The notes beneath the pieces were generated by a model, which saw only the letters and a list, made by a program, of their open reading frames with translations, was not told the origin of the DNA and made no database searches. DNA of 64,000 nt from assembly GCA_009914755.4 (NCBI GenBank), contig CP086569.2, forward strand, positions 22,752,001 through 22,816,000, in the 5' to 3' direction. The position numbers were made by a program, and so were the translations under genes. Positions 11,323 through 22,860 of this stretch are shown here, piece after piece; position 1 is the stretch's first letter, and every line of letters starts with the position of its first letter. This stretch comes from the human T2T-CHM13v2.0 reference genome, Homo sapiens.

Positions 11323-11746
11323 CTGCAGGGGACCCTGCAGGGTTGATAAAATAATATGTTGGACTATATTTAAACATTATTACTGCTATCACTAAAGCAT
11401 GATTAAGTTAAAGTACTATTTGGAAATATCTACTTTCCTCTGTCTTTGTCGACAGGATATTAATTATGCCTGCAATAATCAGAAGGTTTTATTAATAAGA
11501 AGTGTAAGAGAAGTTATTTTGAAGCTTAACAAATTTAATTCTAAAGTAAAAGTTGAGTCACATTTTCTGAACGTGAACTGAAGTTCTCACCTTCATATCA
11601 TTCCCTATGCTTTCTTCTGTTAAGAATACTCAATATTTAGACATGTTATATTTGTCCCTCGTAATTTTCCTTAGAATTTCATTAAAATAACGATCTGGTC
11701 TATTAAACACAATTCTATAATTTACAAATCCATCCCGGACCCTTAC

Positions 11747-11834
11747 CCTATCTCTGAAATGCATCTCTATAAGAACTTCCACTTGGACGTTCAGAATGAT
11801 CTCTAACATCACCTCACCACAGCCATCACAATCA
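11747..11834 (-). pseudogene. RBMY-like penultimate coding exon with a frameshift, then a Y>stop substitution (..SSYRDAFQR*)
   Basis: Frame 0 gives SDCDGCGEV, then similarity to RBMY1 ([21 protein letters not shown]) continues only in the +2 frame as [19 protein letters not shown] followed by TAG. Confidence 0.6.
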
Positions 11835-11916
11835 CTAAATTGAAAAAAAAAATTCTTAATGTCAGAATGAACCATTTAAGAATTCTATTTGACAAGTCCA
11901 GGAAATGTTGTAATAC

Positions 11917-12027
11917 CTATATCCTCTAGAGAAATGTTCATCCCAACTAGAATGACCATAATCATGGTATGCATAGTCTCTAGACAGTGGAGCATAATCC
12001 CTAGATTCTCGGGAAAGTGGATGATTT
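11917..12027 (-). CDS. RBMY-like exon: single 37-codon SRGY box [37 protein letters not shown] (111 bp)
   Basis: Acceptor cccacag|aaatcatcc, donor ggatatag|gtattac. Only one SRGY-box exon is present (RBMY1 has four tandem copies). No further box-like exons seen between 12030 and 12890. Confidence 0.75.
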
Positions 12028-12229
12028 CTGTGGGCATAAGTTTAAACAACAAATATTAAATTTTCAACTTCTAGTATCCAAAACATAACTAACTTACAAC
12101 TTAAACAAAATTAAAAGGCCAAACATCTAAACAGATATTTCTCCAAATAAAATAGGCAAATGCCCAAAAAGCACATGGAACAGATACTCATAATCGGTGA
12201 TTCAGAAAAAGCATTTCAAATCCAAAGTG

Positions 12230-12870
12230 AGATACCATACTTCCCACACACACTAGAATGGCAATAAAAAGCAGGAAATAGCAAGTGTTTGAGAGGGTGA
12301 AGATAAATTGGAACCTTGATACAATGCTAGTTGGAAGGGAAAATGATGCAGCTGCTATGGAGACATGTGGTGTTTCCTCAAGAAAACAAACATAATTATT
12401 ACAGAACCAAGCAATTCCATTTATATATACACCCAGAATTGAATAAGTGTACTCAAACAAATACTGGAGCATAGAAATACTGTGGTAGAAACAACCCAAA
12501 TAAAATAATGGGTTAACCGCTTGTGGAAGGATTTAAGTGCTATGATGTAAATGAAACTTCGGGACATGATACAAAAGGAAAGGAGACAGATACAAAAAGT
12601 CATGTAGTGTATAAGCCCATTAACATTAAATGCCCACAACATGTAAGTTCAGAGGCAGAGCAAAGACTGATGTTTGCCAGTAGCTGAGGGAAGGAAGAAA
12701 ATGAAAGGGACTGCTTAACTGGTAGCTGGAGTTTTAGTTTGTAGTCATGAAAATGTTTTGGAACTTGATGGAGTTAGCTGCTGCACAACACAGGATGTAT
12801 TTAATGCCACCTGTTTACCTTATAATATTTAATTTTATTATGTGAATTTCATCACCATAACAAAAAAAAT
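12230..12870 (+). mobile_element. L1 (older L1M/L1P-type) 3'-end fragment, inside an intron of the RBMY-like gene
   Basis: ttcccacacacactagaatggcaataaaaag...gaagataaattggaacc...atgcagctgctatggagacatgtggtgtttcctcaagaaaac...ccatttatatatacacccagaattgaat...gatgtttgccagtagctgagggaagg...tttagtttgtagtcatgaaaatgttttggaacttgatggagttagctgctgcacaacac parallels the L1 3'-region consensus. Confidence 0.7.
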
Positions 12871-12896
12871 CAACTTCTAAAAAATATTTTCTTTAC

Positions 12897-13011
12897 CTTT
12901 CCTTAATTGCATAACCATCATCTCTTGGTGACATACGGTCATTTCTCCAGGAAGAGATTGGCTCTCTGCATGGAGGACCTCCATAATTCTCTCTTCCACG
13001 TGATATGGGAC
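12897..13011 (-). CDS. RBMY-like exon: [38 protein letters not shown]
   Basis: Acceptor attaaag|gtcccatatcacgt, donor aaggaaag|gtaaag. Compare RBMY1 [39 protein letters not shown]. Confidence 0.75.
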
Positions 13012-14457
13012 CTTTAATATTAAAATGATGAAACAGGGAAAGAACAGCAAATCCGAAATACTATTTTCTCTTCTCTCAAACAACTTTTTAAAATTATTTC
13101 TTCTATGACTCCACTATGACTCCATTTTTCATTCCCTAAATTACTAGAAAGTCATGACACTGTGAATATTTCTTATGGCTTTGGATAATCCCATGGCTAC
13201 TGCAAGGCCAGTTCTTCTAACAGAGCTGAAGACAGACATTAATTCTTAGGTAAAAGTTCATCTGTAATGGTAAATAACTAGTTAGTTATTGTTTTTCCTT
13301 TCATATGAATTACTGATGACTACCAATGATACAGGGAAGACATGTAAAAGCACCAAACTCTTCACAGATTTTTAAGTTTACATCCATTGTCCCTTCTCAG
13401 CTGAAGAAGGTAAATTTTCCTATGTTGTTCAATCCACCTCACACGCACAAATGATGCTACCTTTGAATGATTGGATGCTAAATTTTTACATAAAAGGTCT
13501 TCTTTATCTCTAAGTGGTTGGCTCTACCTTAAATGTTGACAAATTGAAATATACTAGTGAAAACTTTCTAATGATGGCCAAGATTTACTTTTACTGCAAT
13601 AAGCAATCCTGTTAAAGGGGTCATTACGACATTGTTGCTATTTCAAAATAGAAAATGTTCTCCTTTAATATACTCTTTATGTGCTATTCCTTAGAGGTCA
13701 GTCTTTCACCTATGATATGTTCACTGGCTAATTTTCCAATGGAAATGTGTTGGCTTATGTATGCTGAAGTCAATAAATATCTAATTTCACCGATACTCTA
13801 CATATGAAATGTAAAATTGAAAACAGCAGTTTTCAATTTCCTCCATATTGGGGTGGAGGACTAAGTAAGAATTTTAATTTGTTCTGCCTAAACTTCTTTG
13901 CTAAGAACTTTTATTTACTGTCTTGCTTTCTTCTGTTCTGTCTGCAATCTTAACAATTCTCCTTCTCAAAAATATTACTTCTATTCAATCCTACCGCTCA
14001 CCTCAGGTTGCTTAGTTCTAAATTCTCTCCTCAAATAATTTCCAGTCTTACGCTAAGGATCTTGTGTTAATGTTTAAACATCCCGGTAAAATCTTAATTA
14101 TTGATTTACATGACCTTATATTTCACATCTCTGCACTTCTATGATATCCACTTAATTTAAGAATATTGGACTCCTTCATGTCTACCTTTCAAGACTTGAT
14201 TTTATTTTTAAATAATAGGTAAGCCCAGTGACTCCTTTTCTGCTAAATGCTCTTGTAGTTCTTTTGAATCTTCATAGAAGCAGTAAGAATGCCTTGCACA
14301 TAAACATTATTGAGGTCTCAGAAGCTGGATGGTCAGGCTCAGCAGCTCACAGTGCGAGTCAGTGTGGAAGGCAGAGACAGCTGGACTGCTTGAGCCGCTG
14401 GCTTTTATGTCAGTTTTGACAATGTAGTGACATCCTCTGTCTACAAAAATACAGGAA

Positions 14458-14620
14458 AAAAAAATTAGCTAGGTGTGGTGGTGCATGCCTGTAGTTGCAG
14501 CAACTCAGGAGGCTGAAACAGGATAATTGTTTGAGCCCAGGATTTTGAGGCTGTAGTAAGCCATCATTTCACCAATGCACTCTGACCTGGTAAGAGCAAG
14601 ACTCCAACCCAATAAAGAAA
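14458..14620 (+). mobile_element. Alu right-monomer fragment
   Basis: aaattagctaggtgtggtggtgcatgcctgtagttgcagcaactcaggaggctgaaacaggataattgtttgagcccagg... Confidence 0.75.
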
Positions 14621-15018
14621 CTGAACAAGCAATTTTTCAATTGGCTTGCCAGGGGACCACTACCAGGGGACCTAGGAAATGGAAGAATTCATTAGAAGAA
14701 GAAGCCTATCATCAAAGAATACTGCTAGGGACTTTTAGAAAAATTAAGGGGAATTATCTAGCAAACACAGGATTAAGAGGAATGTTGGCCTCACTCTAAT
14801 CACTTCTTTCAACTGCAGTGAGAAGCTCGAGTATTTCTTCAACATAAATCTGAGTGTACCTAGTGAGATAGAAAGTATAATAAAAGCTATTGATCAGTAA
14901 TTACGCCCAATGATGTGTCACTTCTGTTTTGTTCAATGAACTTAAATTTAAGAATCCAGTTAAAATAGCTCATTTTTAGTCATACAAAAAATATGGTCTT
15001 TTATCAGGTAGCATTTAC

Positions 15019-15171
15019 CTTGGCCTCCCATCCAACTATTGCTTCTTGCCATAGCAGAAGGAGCAGATGTTTTAGGAGGAGGACCTCCACTTCGTGAAGA
15101 TGGACCTCTTTTAATTGGAATGGCTCCCCTAGAAGAACTCGTGTTGAGATCAAGAGCGTATCCACCATCAT
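15019..15171 (-). CDS. RBMY-like exon: [51 protein letters not shown]
   Basis: Acceptor atacag|atgatggtggatac, donor ggccaag|gtaaatg. Compare RBMY1 [51 protein letters not shown]. Confidence 0.8.
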
Positions 15172-16016
15172 CTGTATTTCAAACAAAATCATTTTAGTTA
15201 ACTAGCATCACTGTTTCTTGAATGGCTAAGTTTTGTTGTTTTTCTACATATTATAATGTTACAAATTCACATTTGTCTAAACTAATAAAATTAACATTTC
15301 TATATGAAATTAGTACAATTCAAGCAATAAAAGTCTGTTTAGAAAATCTAGAAGGAAACTCAAGAATTATAATATATTGGTGTGAGAGAGAGATGTGGGA
15401 AAAATGGGGAGTGAACAGGGAGCAGAAATCTATCAGTAAAATATCTAAGTATAATATACATAAAGAAAAAATATTAAAAAATGATAAATGACTGTTTATA
15501 TCATTCTATTATGAGGAAAAATTTTCAAAGCATATCAAAAAGATAAACTAAATTCCATTCAAAGAAACTCAAATATTTGCAATATCAAAAGGTGACACAT
15601 CAGGAAAATATATTATCTCTAAAATTTGTTAACATAGTATAGAATTCTTACAATTTCCTTGTGAAACACTAATTTTCAGATTAGACTATGCTAAATTTTA
15701 ATAATCTTTAAGAATTGCTTATTAAATAATATAAAAATATTTATATATCTACAAATCTGTAGATATATGCCAATTACTAGGTGGTGTTACAGGTTAGAGT
15801 ACGCACATTCTCATACATGGCAGAGTATTATTGAATCTCACCCTCAAGATCAGTGGAGACAAAATTACCATGAAGCTATGCATCGTAAAATGCAGCAAAC
15901 ACTGCAATTTCAACTTTAAAAACACATCTCCAATTAATTACACATCTGGTCATTAAAACACAAAATTAAAGATCGATTTTTGAAGGTTGGTTAATAGATA
16001 ATATGTTAACCAATAG

Positions 16017-16042
16017 GTTGATTGATTGATTGATTGATTGAG
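16017..16042. repeat. (GATT)n microsatellite, 6 units
   Basis: ggttgattgattgattgattgattgag. Confidence 0.9.
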
Positions 16043-16320
16043 ATGGACTCTTGCCCTATTGCCCAGGTGGGAGTACAATGGCATTATGTCAGCTCACTGC
16101 AGCTTCTCCCTCCCAGGTTCCAGTGATTCTCCTGCCTCAGCCTCCCGAGTAGCTAAGATTAGAAGTATGTGCCACCATGCCAAGCTAATTTTTTGTATTT
16201 TTAGGACAGACAGTTTGCACCATGGTTGCCAGGCTGGTCTGGAACTCCTGACCTCGTGGTCCACCCACCCCATACTCCCCAAGTGCTGAGATGACAGGCG
16301 TGACCCACCTCGCCCACCCC
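16041..16320 (-). mobile_element. Alu SINE (antisense), followed by (TA)n
   Basis: gagatggactcttgccctattgcccaggtgggagtacaatgg...cctcagcctcccgagtagctaag...aattttttgtatttttagg...gtgacccacctcgcccacc. Confidence 0.85.
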
Positions 16321-17106
16321 CATCCAATATATATATATATTTTTAAATACATAGTTTGTTTTTCTTTTTTATGTAGAAATTGACCCCTCATTTCTACTGT
16401 GTAAATCACTCATAAATACCATTTTCAGTGACTCACCTTCCAGCAAGAAAGATACATACATATCTGTGAAGCAGTGGTGTTTTGTCCTTTCCAGAGTCAT
16501 AGACTTTTTTTAGAAATTAAAGTTCTACGTTTCTTAAATTGAAAATGCTTTATGGCAGGCCAATGTACAAACTCTCCATATGAAAATTACAAAGCAATAG
16601 ATTTGCATACATGTTTGCACATGTATACACAAAAAAAAACAAATATTGGAAAATCAATCCTAAGTACTGAATTACTTTTTTTCCTGTTGGAAAGTTTTAA
16701 ATATTCCATTGTATTTTGATAATACAACCGATATGAAGTTCTGGGCCCCAAAGTAGAAAACTCTATGAAGTATAATTAATATAAATGAGTTCTTCAGAAA
16801 ACCTGTTGAGTACAGGCAATCAGCATTCATAAACTCAATTCAGTTTGAAATTTGTGTTATTTCAATGCAAACTTATTACAATTTTAAAACAAATTTTAGA
16901 TATTAGTGCAATCATTCTTATAATACACCTTTAGTACTTAGAAATAATTTTGCTTCTTATCAATAAGTTAATTTTCTTATCAATAAGAAAATTACTTCTT
17001 ACCAATAAGTAAATTTCCCAAAATAAATAAAATTGGGAAATTTTGATATCTTCAAACTTATTTTCTTTCAGTCCTATGGTTCCATCTTTATATTTTAGAA
17101 CATTAC

Positions 17107-17284
17107 CCAAGTGTCCTTCATGTGAGGGCAGCCACGGTCTTGTTCCTCCACTACTTCCTCTTGCAGATCTCAGACTTCCTGAAGGGCTTCTGTTTCTTGA
17201 AGAAGGTGGTGGTCTCCGCCTACCACCACTTGGAAAAGATGGTTTCTTTGCTTGTTCTACTTTTATTTCTTTTCCATCCAAAGA
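17107..17284 (-). CDS. RBMY-like exon: [59 protein letters not shown]
   Basis: Acceptor ttttag|tctttggatggaaaag, donor cacttgg|gtaatg. The track ORF 16931..17281(-) is this exon reading through into the intron. Confidence 0.8.
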
Positions 17285-18359
17285 CTAAAAGTATTAAGAG
17301 TACTATCAATAACGTTGGCAAGATTAAACCTAAGCACATTTTACAAACATTTCTACATCAACTATAGTTCAATTCTAGATATTTTCTCCCAAAGCAAATT
17401 TTTTTCCTCCTAAAATGAACACGTCTTTCACAATACCAAATTTGAGACATTTACTGAACACACGCCTTCCATTAAGGGATCAAACACAAATTCTATTATT
17501 CAAATTCCTTGAAAACTCCTCAATTATTAAAAAAAAAAAAACACCTCAAACAAAAAAGATTAACCCATCACACATTCTATGGAAGAATGTGGCATGTCTT
17601 TTTTTTACAATATATCATCCACTTCATCTTTGTATTCGCATCACTGATTTAAAAGTTTCAGTGTCCCAAGGAAACTTGTGTCATTTAAAAAAATGAGGTT
17701 ACTTATTCAAAATGATTAGTCACATTAGTCATATGAGTTGTTTCTTGTTTGATCTGCTAACACTTACGTAAAATATCCCCATATGATTTATAATTTTATA
17801 TTTACTCTAGAAACGTTTCTGTAAATGTGATCCTTGTTTGATCTCATTAAGGTTTCTTGCCTTATTCATTTCTTATTTTGCCTTAGACGTGCCCCTAAAA
17901 AATGACTCTTAATATAGTACTTCATGTTGTTTCTCAGAAATGCTTAAATGTGCTAATTAATTTCACAGTAACATTTTTCAGTATGATCTTTTCTATAGGC
18001 CAAAGTAATTTTTGAAAACAGTTCAGATAATAAATAACTCTATTTTAAAATTACATGTTTTTTGTTATTTGGGGGAAGATCTTAAATCCCTTACAAGACC
18101 TCTTGCAGCCAAATTGCCAGTTGTTCCTACCTTGAAACTTCTGCTGTTATTTCTGGGCCCAAAATATTTTCCCCAGATTTGCGCATGGCTGCTTCCTTCC
18201 CAGTGTTTCAAAGTCAGTCAAAATTCCTTAAACTGTTAATTGCCCCTGATAACTCTAAGAACCTCCTTTGTTGGCCGTCTTAACATTTATGTGCATATAA
18301 CTTCATATTTATGTTTACACAATAAAATATGTGAGATGAAGTAATTCAGAAATAACATT

Positions 18360-18700
<341 letters not shown>

Positions 18701-19992
18701 CTAGGGGGGAAAAGGAAATTATCATAGATTACTATACGTAAGTAAAAATTATCTCCACAACTACCACAAATTTACTCTGGGTTTCTACCACAGCTTAAAA
18801 TACTAATTTATAAGAGTGAATAAAAATGTACTTTCTGCTATGTGTCAGCAACTCTACTAGATGCAACAAAAATAAAAGCAACTAGGAAGCCTTAAATATG
18901 CACTGTAGACAATTTAACCATCAATAGATTAATACATGGTACAGTGAGTATAAAATATCTACGATTTGCAACGAGGAAGAAAATAGAAAATTGAAGTTGT
19001 TTTTGAAGGATGAATTGTTATTTCTGAGACATACATAGGAAAGAATAATTGTCAAAAAGTCCAAAAAATCATTTTAGGGGTACCATAAAGAGTGACAGGA
19101 GCTAAAAACAGATTTGGATAATGTTATAAAGCAGAAAAACAGATTTGGATAATGTTAGAAAGCAGAAAAGCTCTAAAGGGCCCAGAATGGAATGATCTTG
19201 ACTAGAATGTAAAGGAATTCAATAGTTAATAGAATTACATAAAATTTTAAAGCTTTAGTAAACACACAATCCCTAGATTTAAGACTCAATTGGACAAGAG
19301 ACCATTGGTTTGATCAAAACACGTTCTCAAACACATTGGGAAAATGAGCAATTAGGTATTCATGTTACATAAATCACTCTGGTGACAGGAAAAAAAACAT
19401 CCTTAGGAGAAAAGAGCAAGGATGGGGCAAAAAATGCCAGTTACTTCTTCTGTTGTCCAACTTCAATGTTCTGATATTGTTTTCTATTTTCAAGTACTTA
19501 ACACATCCTTAAATGTGAAGGTCTTATTTAAATGTACTTTCTCAAGAATATATTTGCAGAAAATGGGAGAGAATCTTTCCTTCCTGTGAGTCTGTCTAGA
19601 TGTCTATCCACAGTTTGTATATGCTATAGAAGTATTTCCATGAATTGGAAGTAATTCCACTGATAGCATTTAAAAAATGTTAACTTAGTCCTTTCATTTA
19701 GAGGAGGGTTCCTTCTAGGTTTTAATGCTCTTGGAAACCTTTGAAAATCTATTTACACCCATATTGAAATACAAAAATAGAAAAAAAGTTACCATATATT
19801 AATTTATGTAATGTTAATTGCAGTACCCTTCCAAATACACTTGCATGTGTATGGCACAAAGAAGACGATGGCTAAAGCATTTCAGTCCATATGGCATTCT
19901 ACTATCTTCAACACTTTAGTTATACTAAAAAGACCTAGAAATACTGTTAACTGAAAACCAGAATTAGTGTATTATTAATAAGGGACTCTTAC

Positions 19993-20096
19993 CTTTCCAT
20001 TCATATCTCTGGCAGCATTCTTAGCATCTGCAGCATTCTCAAAAATAATGACCACAAAATCTCTGGACTTACTGGTTCGACCTTTTATCAAAAGAA
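19993..20096 (-). CDS. RBMY-like exon (RRM RNP1 region): [35 protein letters not shown]
   Basis: Acceptor ttag|ttcttttgataaaaggtcga..., donor ggaaag|gtaaga. Phase is continuous with the previous exon (g + tt = Val). Confidence 0.75.
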
Positions 20097-20541
20097 CTAA
20101 GATACATAAAAACATTTTATATTTATAGAATGGACTCACCAAGGTACTAACCATCTGAAAGTTACATCAAACCAAAAAATAACTGCATTTCACATCACTA
20201 CTATGATTCTTAATACTAAGTCACCCCTATAGTCAGCCTATTTTATTCCAGTTTGTTCCCTAACTCCATAACACATTTACTTTTCCTCATTTTCCTTTCT
20301 AAGCAGTAAGTGATTCTTACCCTTCACCTGCTGCTATGAGAATTTTCCAAATATCAGATAGATACTTCAAAATAAGAGTTTACAAATCACAAGGCGTTTT
20401 AATGTATGTATACAATGAACTTTGAAAAATACATACTTTAAAATACATACATAACCTACATATTTTAAATAACATATTGAAATATACATACGAAAATACA
20501 CACAAACAGAGACACGCACACACACAAAACACATGGCTTTA

Positions 20542-20688
<147 letters not shown>

Positions 20689-21014
20689 TTAGATAAAAAT
20701 AGACAAACTAAAAAGATAAAATTTTATTACATACTGTGTTGGAAATTCAAGTAAAAGTCCCTTCCAGAGGCTAACATCTTTTTAGTATTTCTTAGTTTAA
20801 ATATGTAAAATTCATAACATACAGAGCAAAAGGGGCACTGACTTCATGGACAAATGCTGCATTTTATTATGTAGGTGACAAAATCTAATTTATAAAAATT
20901 AGATAAGAAAAGCTACTGTAATTTTCCTAAGTTGCAATATGAAGGATGCTCCCAGTTAAATAATTTTATTTGAAAACTATATATTTATGAGGTATGGTGT
21001 GATGTTTTGTGTAT

Positions 21015-21298
21015 TTTTTTTTCTTGAGATGTATATCTCCTGTTGCTAAAGTGCACTGCTCACTACAGCCTCCTCCACCCAGACTCAACTGATCCTCCCA
21101 CGCTTCAGCTTCCCAAGTAGCTGGCTGGGCAATTTTTGTGTGTGTGTGTTTTTTTTGTTTGTTTGTTTGTTTTTAAATAGACATGGTTTTCCTTATATTG
21201 CCCAAACTGGTCTCCAACTCCTGGGCTCAAGCAGTCCACTGGCCTGGGACTACCAAAGTGATGGGATTTCAAGTGTGAACCGCCACACCCAGCGTGAT
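21015..21298 (-). mobile_element. Alu SINE (antisense), ortholog-in-paralog of Alu at 1-190
   Basis: Poly-T then gagatgtatatctcctgttgc...cagcttcccaagtagctgg...tgggactaccaaagtgatggg. Confidence 0.8.
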
Positions 21299-22569
21299 AT
21301 TTGTATGAAAGATTAAATCAAGCTAATTAAAATGTTCTAGGGGGAGATCATTTTAAGTATTTTAGCATCTTTTAGTGATTTGAAATATATAATAGATCAA
21401 GGATCCCCAAACACTGGCCTTCACGCCATACCTGTCTGTGGCCTGAATGTAATGCCTGAGGATAACCTGTAATACCTGTCTGTGGAGAATGTAACGCCTG
21501 AGGATGACCTGAGGTGGCACAGTTTCATCCGGAAACCTCCCTAGCCGCCTCCCACCCCTCCTGCCCCACCCTGTCCCGGTGACAGCCCCACTGCCCCACC
21601 TGCCCCCTCTCACACCTCTTCCACCAGAAGCCCCGCCCCACCACGTGCCCCTCGGGGCCCTGCCGCCAGCCCGTACCCCTAAACGTGTCCATCTCACTGC
21701 CTTCTTCCGCTGGGCAACACTTGTCTGAGGAAACATTGTCTTCCACCAACCGGTCCCTGGTGCGAAAATGGCAATAGAGTAAAGGAGCCCATTATGTTAT
21801 TCAGGCTGGTCTCCAACTCCTGACCTCAAGCCATCCTCCTACCTGCACTTCCCAAAATGCTAGGATTACAAAAGTAAGTCAGTGTGTGAAGATAGTAGAA
21901 TAACAAGCAGATTTATTTTGTTTTCGTTTAAGTCTATCCAACTCCATTTAACTCCATTACACCCACTTATTCGGTTTAAATTACTTAGGTGCCACAGATA
22001 CATGAAACATGTTTCAAATACTGTCATACAAGGAAGGAGACAATTACAGGCTTTACAGAGGCAAATTTAAACCGAGGTTATTTATGGCCCCAGACTTCTA
22101 CATACACTAAAATACGTCAAAATTTGATAATTCCCGCCAAGCAAATCACATATGTGACATGTGCTGACTAAAGTACGGGTTTTTAATCGCAGTGGTTAAG
22201 TATGTTGCCTGTATTTTGAATTATGACGACATTCACAGAGAAAAACTGCTTTAATAAAAAGTGCCCATGAAAACAATGGCGCCTTAGCACCATCTCCCAG
22301 AACTTGCCCACATGTCAGATATGTCCGACAGTTAAAGGTAGAATCTTCAAGAAAAATCAAAGAGTTTAACAAAAATGAGTTTCTTTAGAGCACTAAGGAG
22401 TTCTCTCCCCACTGTCTCCTCCCTTAATTCAAGCCCACATATAGAAAGCCCATTCGCTTTTATAGACAAAATCCCAAACCTTTGCTTTCTAGTCTTGCCG
22501 AGAGACCAACCTGTCCAGAGAAACAGAAAATACAGGTGCTTTTCAGGAGGACAAACAGCCTCAGGGTCT

Positions 22570-22860
22570 CCCGTCACTCAGGTCGTATGCATCCGGCTTC
22601 GGGACACCACAGGGCCAACTGCAGGAAAGACCGCTGCAGCTGGCCTGAGTGGGAAGCCATGCCCGGAAATCACGCCTACCTCCAGCCAATCATTGGGAAG
22701 GCAGTGGGCATCTGCCAATTATTGCAAGAGCGGTAGGCGTCTCCTGAGGAGCCCCTCCCCTGGGTGGCCTGCAGCTCCATCCTCCCGCGGTAGTCCTCCT
22801 CTGAGAAGATGCTTGTGCAAGGTGGTGGTGGGTTCAGGCACACGCAGACTGTGAGCCCTT
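22570..22860. promoter_or_regulatory. Paralog of the CpG-island promoter, CpG-depleted (~12 CpG vs ~26 in copy A); retains palindromic CCAATCATTGG and gains a second CCAAT (tgccaattattg)
   Basis: Direct comparison: gcgaaggcggtgggcgtcagcc (A) vs gggaaggcagtgggcatctgcc (B). Multiple CG>TG/CA transitions. Confidence 0.5.

Noticed and set aside
16931-17281. 116-aa minus ORF taken at face value as a single gene
   Set aside because: Only 17107-17281 is exon (RBMY-like). The rest is read-through into the intron past a GTAATG donor.
22680-22700. Possible minus-strand exon-1 donor (ctggag|gtaggcg) conserved in both CpG islands, which would make the island the RBMY-like gene's promoter
   Set aside because: The donor lies only ~15 bp from the CCAAT box on the minus sense, leaving no room for a TSS downstream of the box. 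Orientation remains unresolved, so not reported as a feature.
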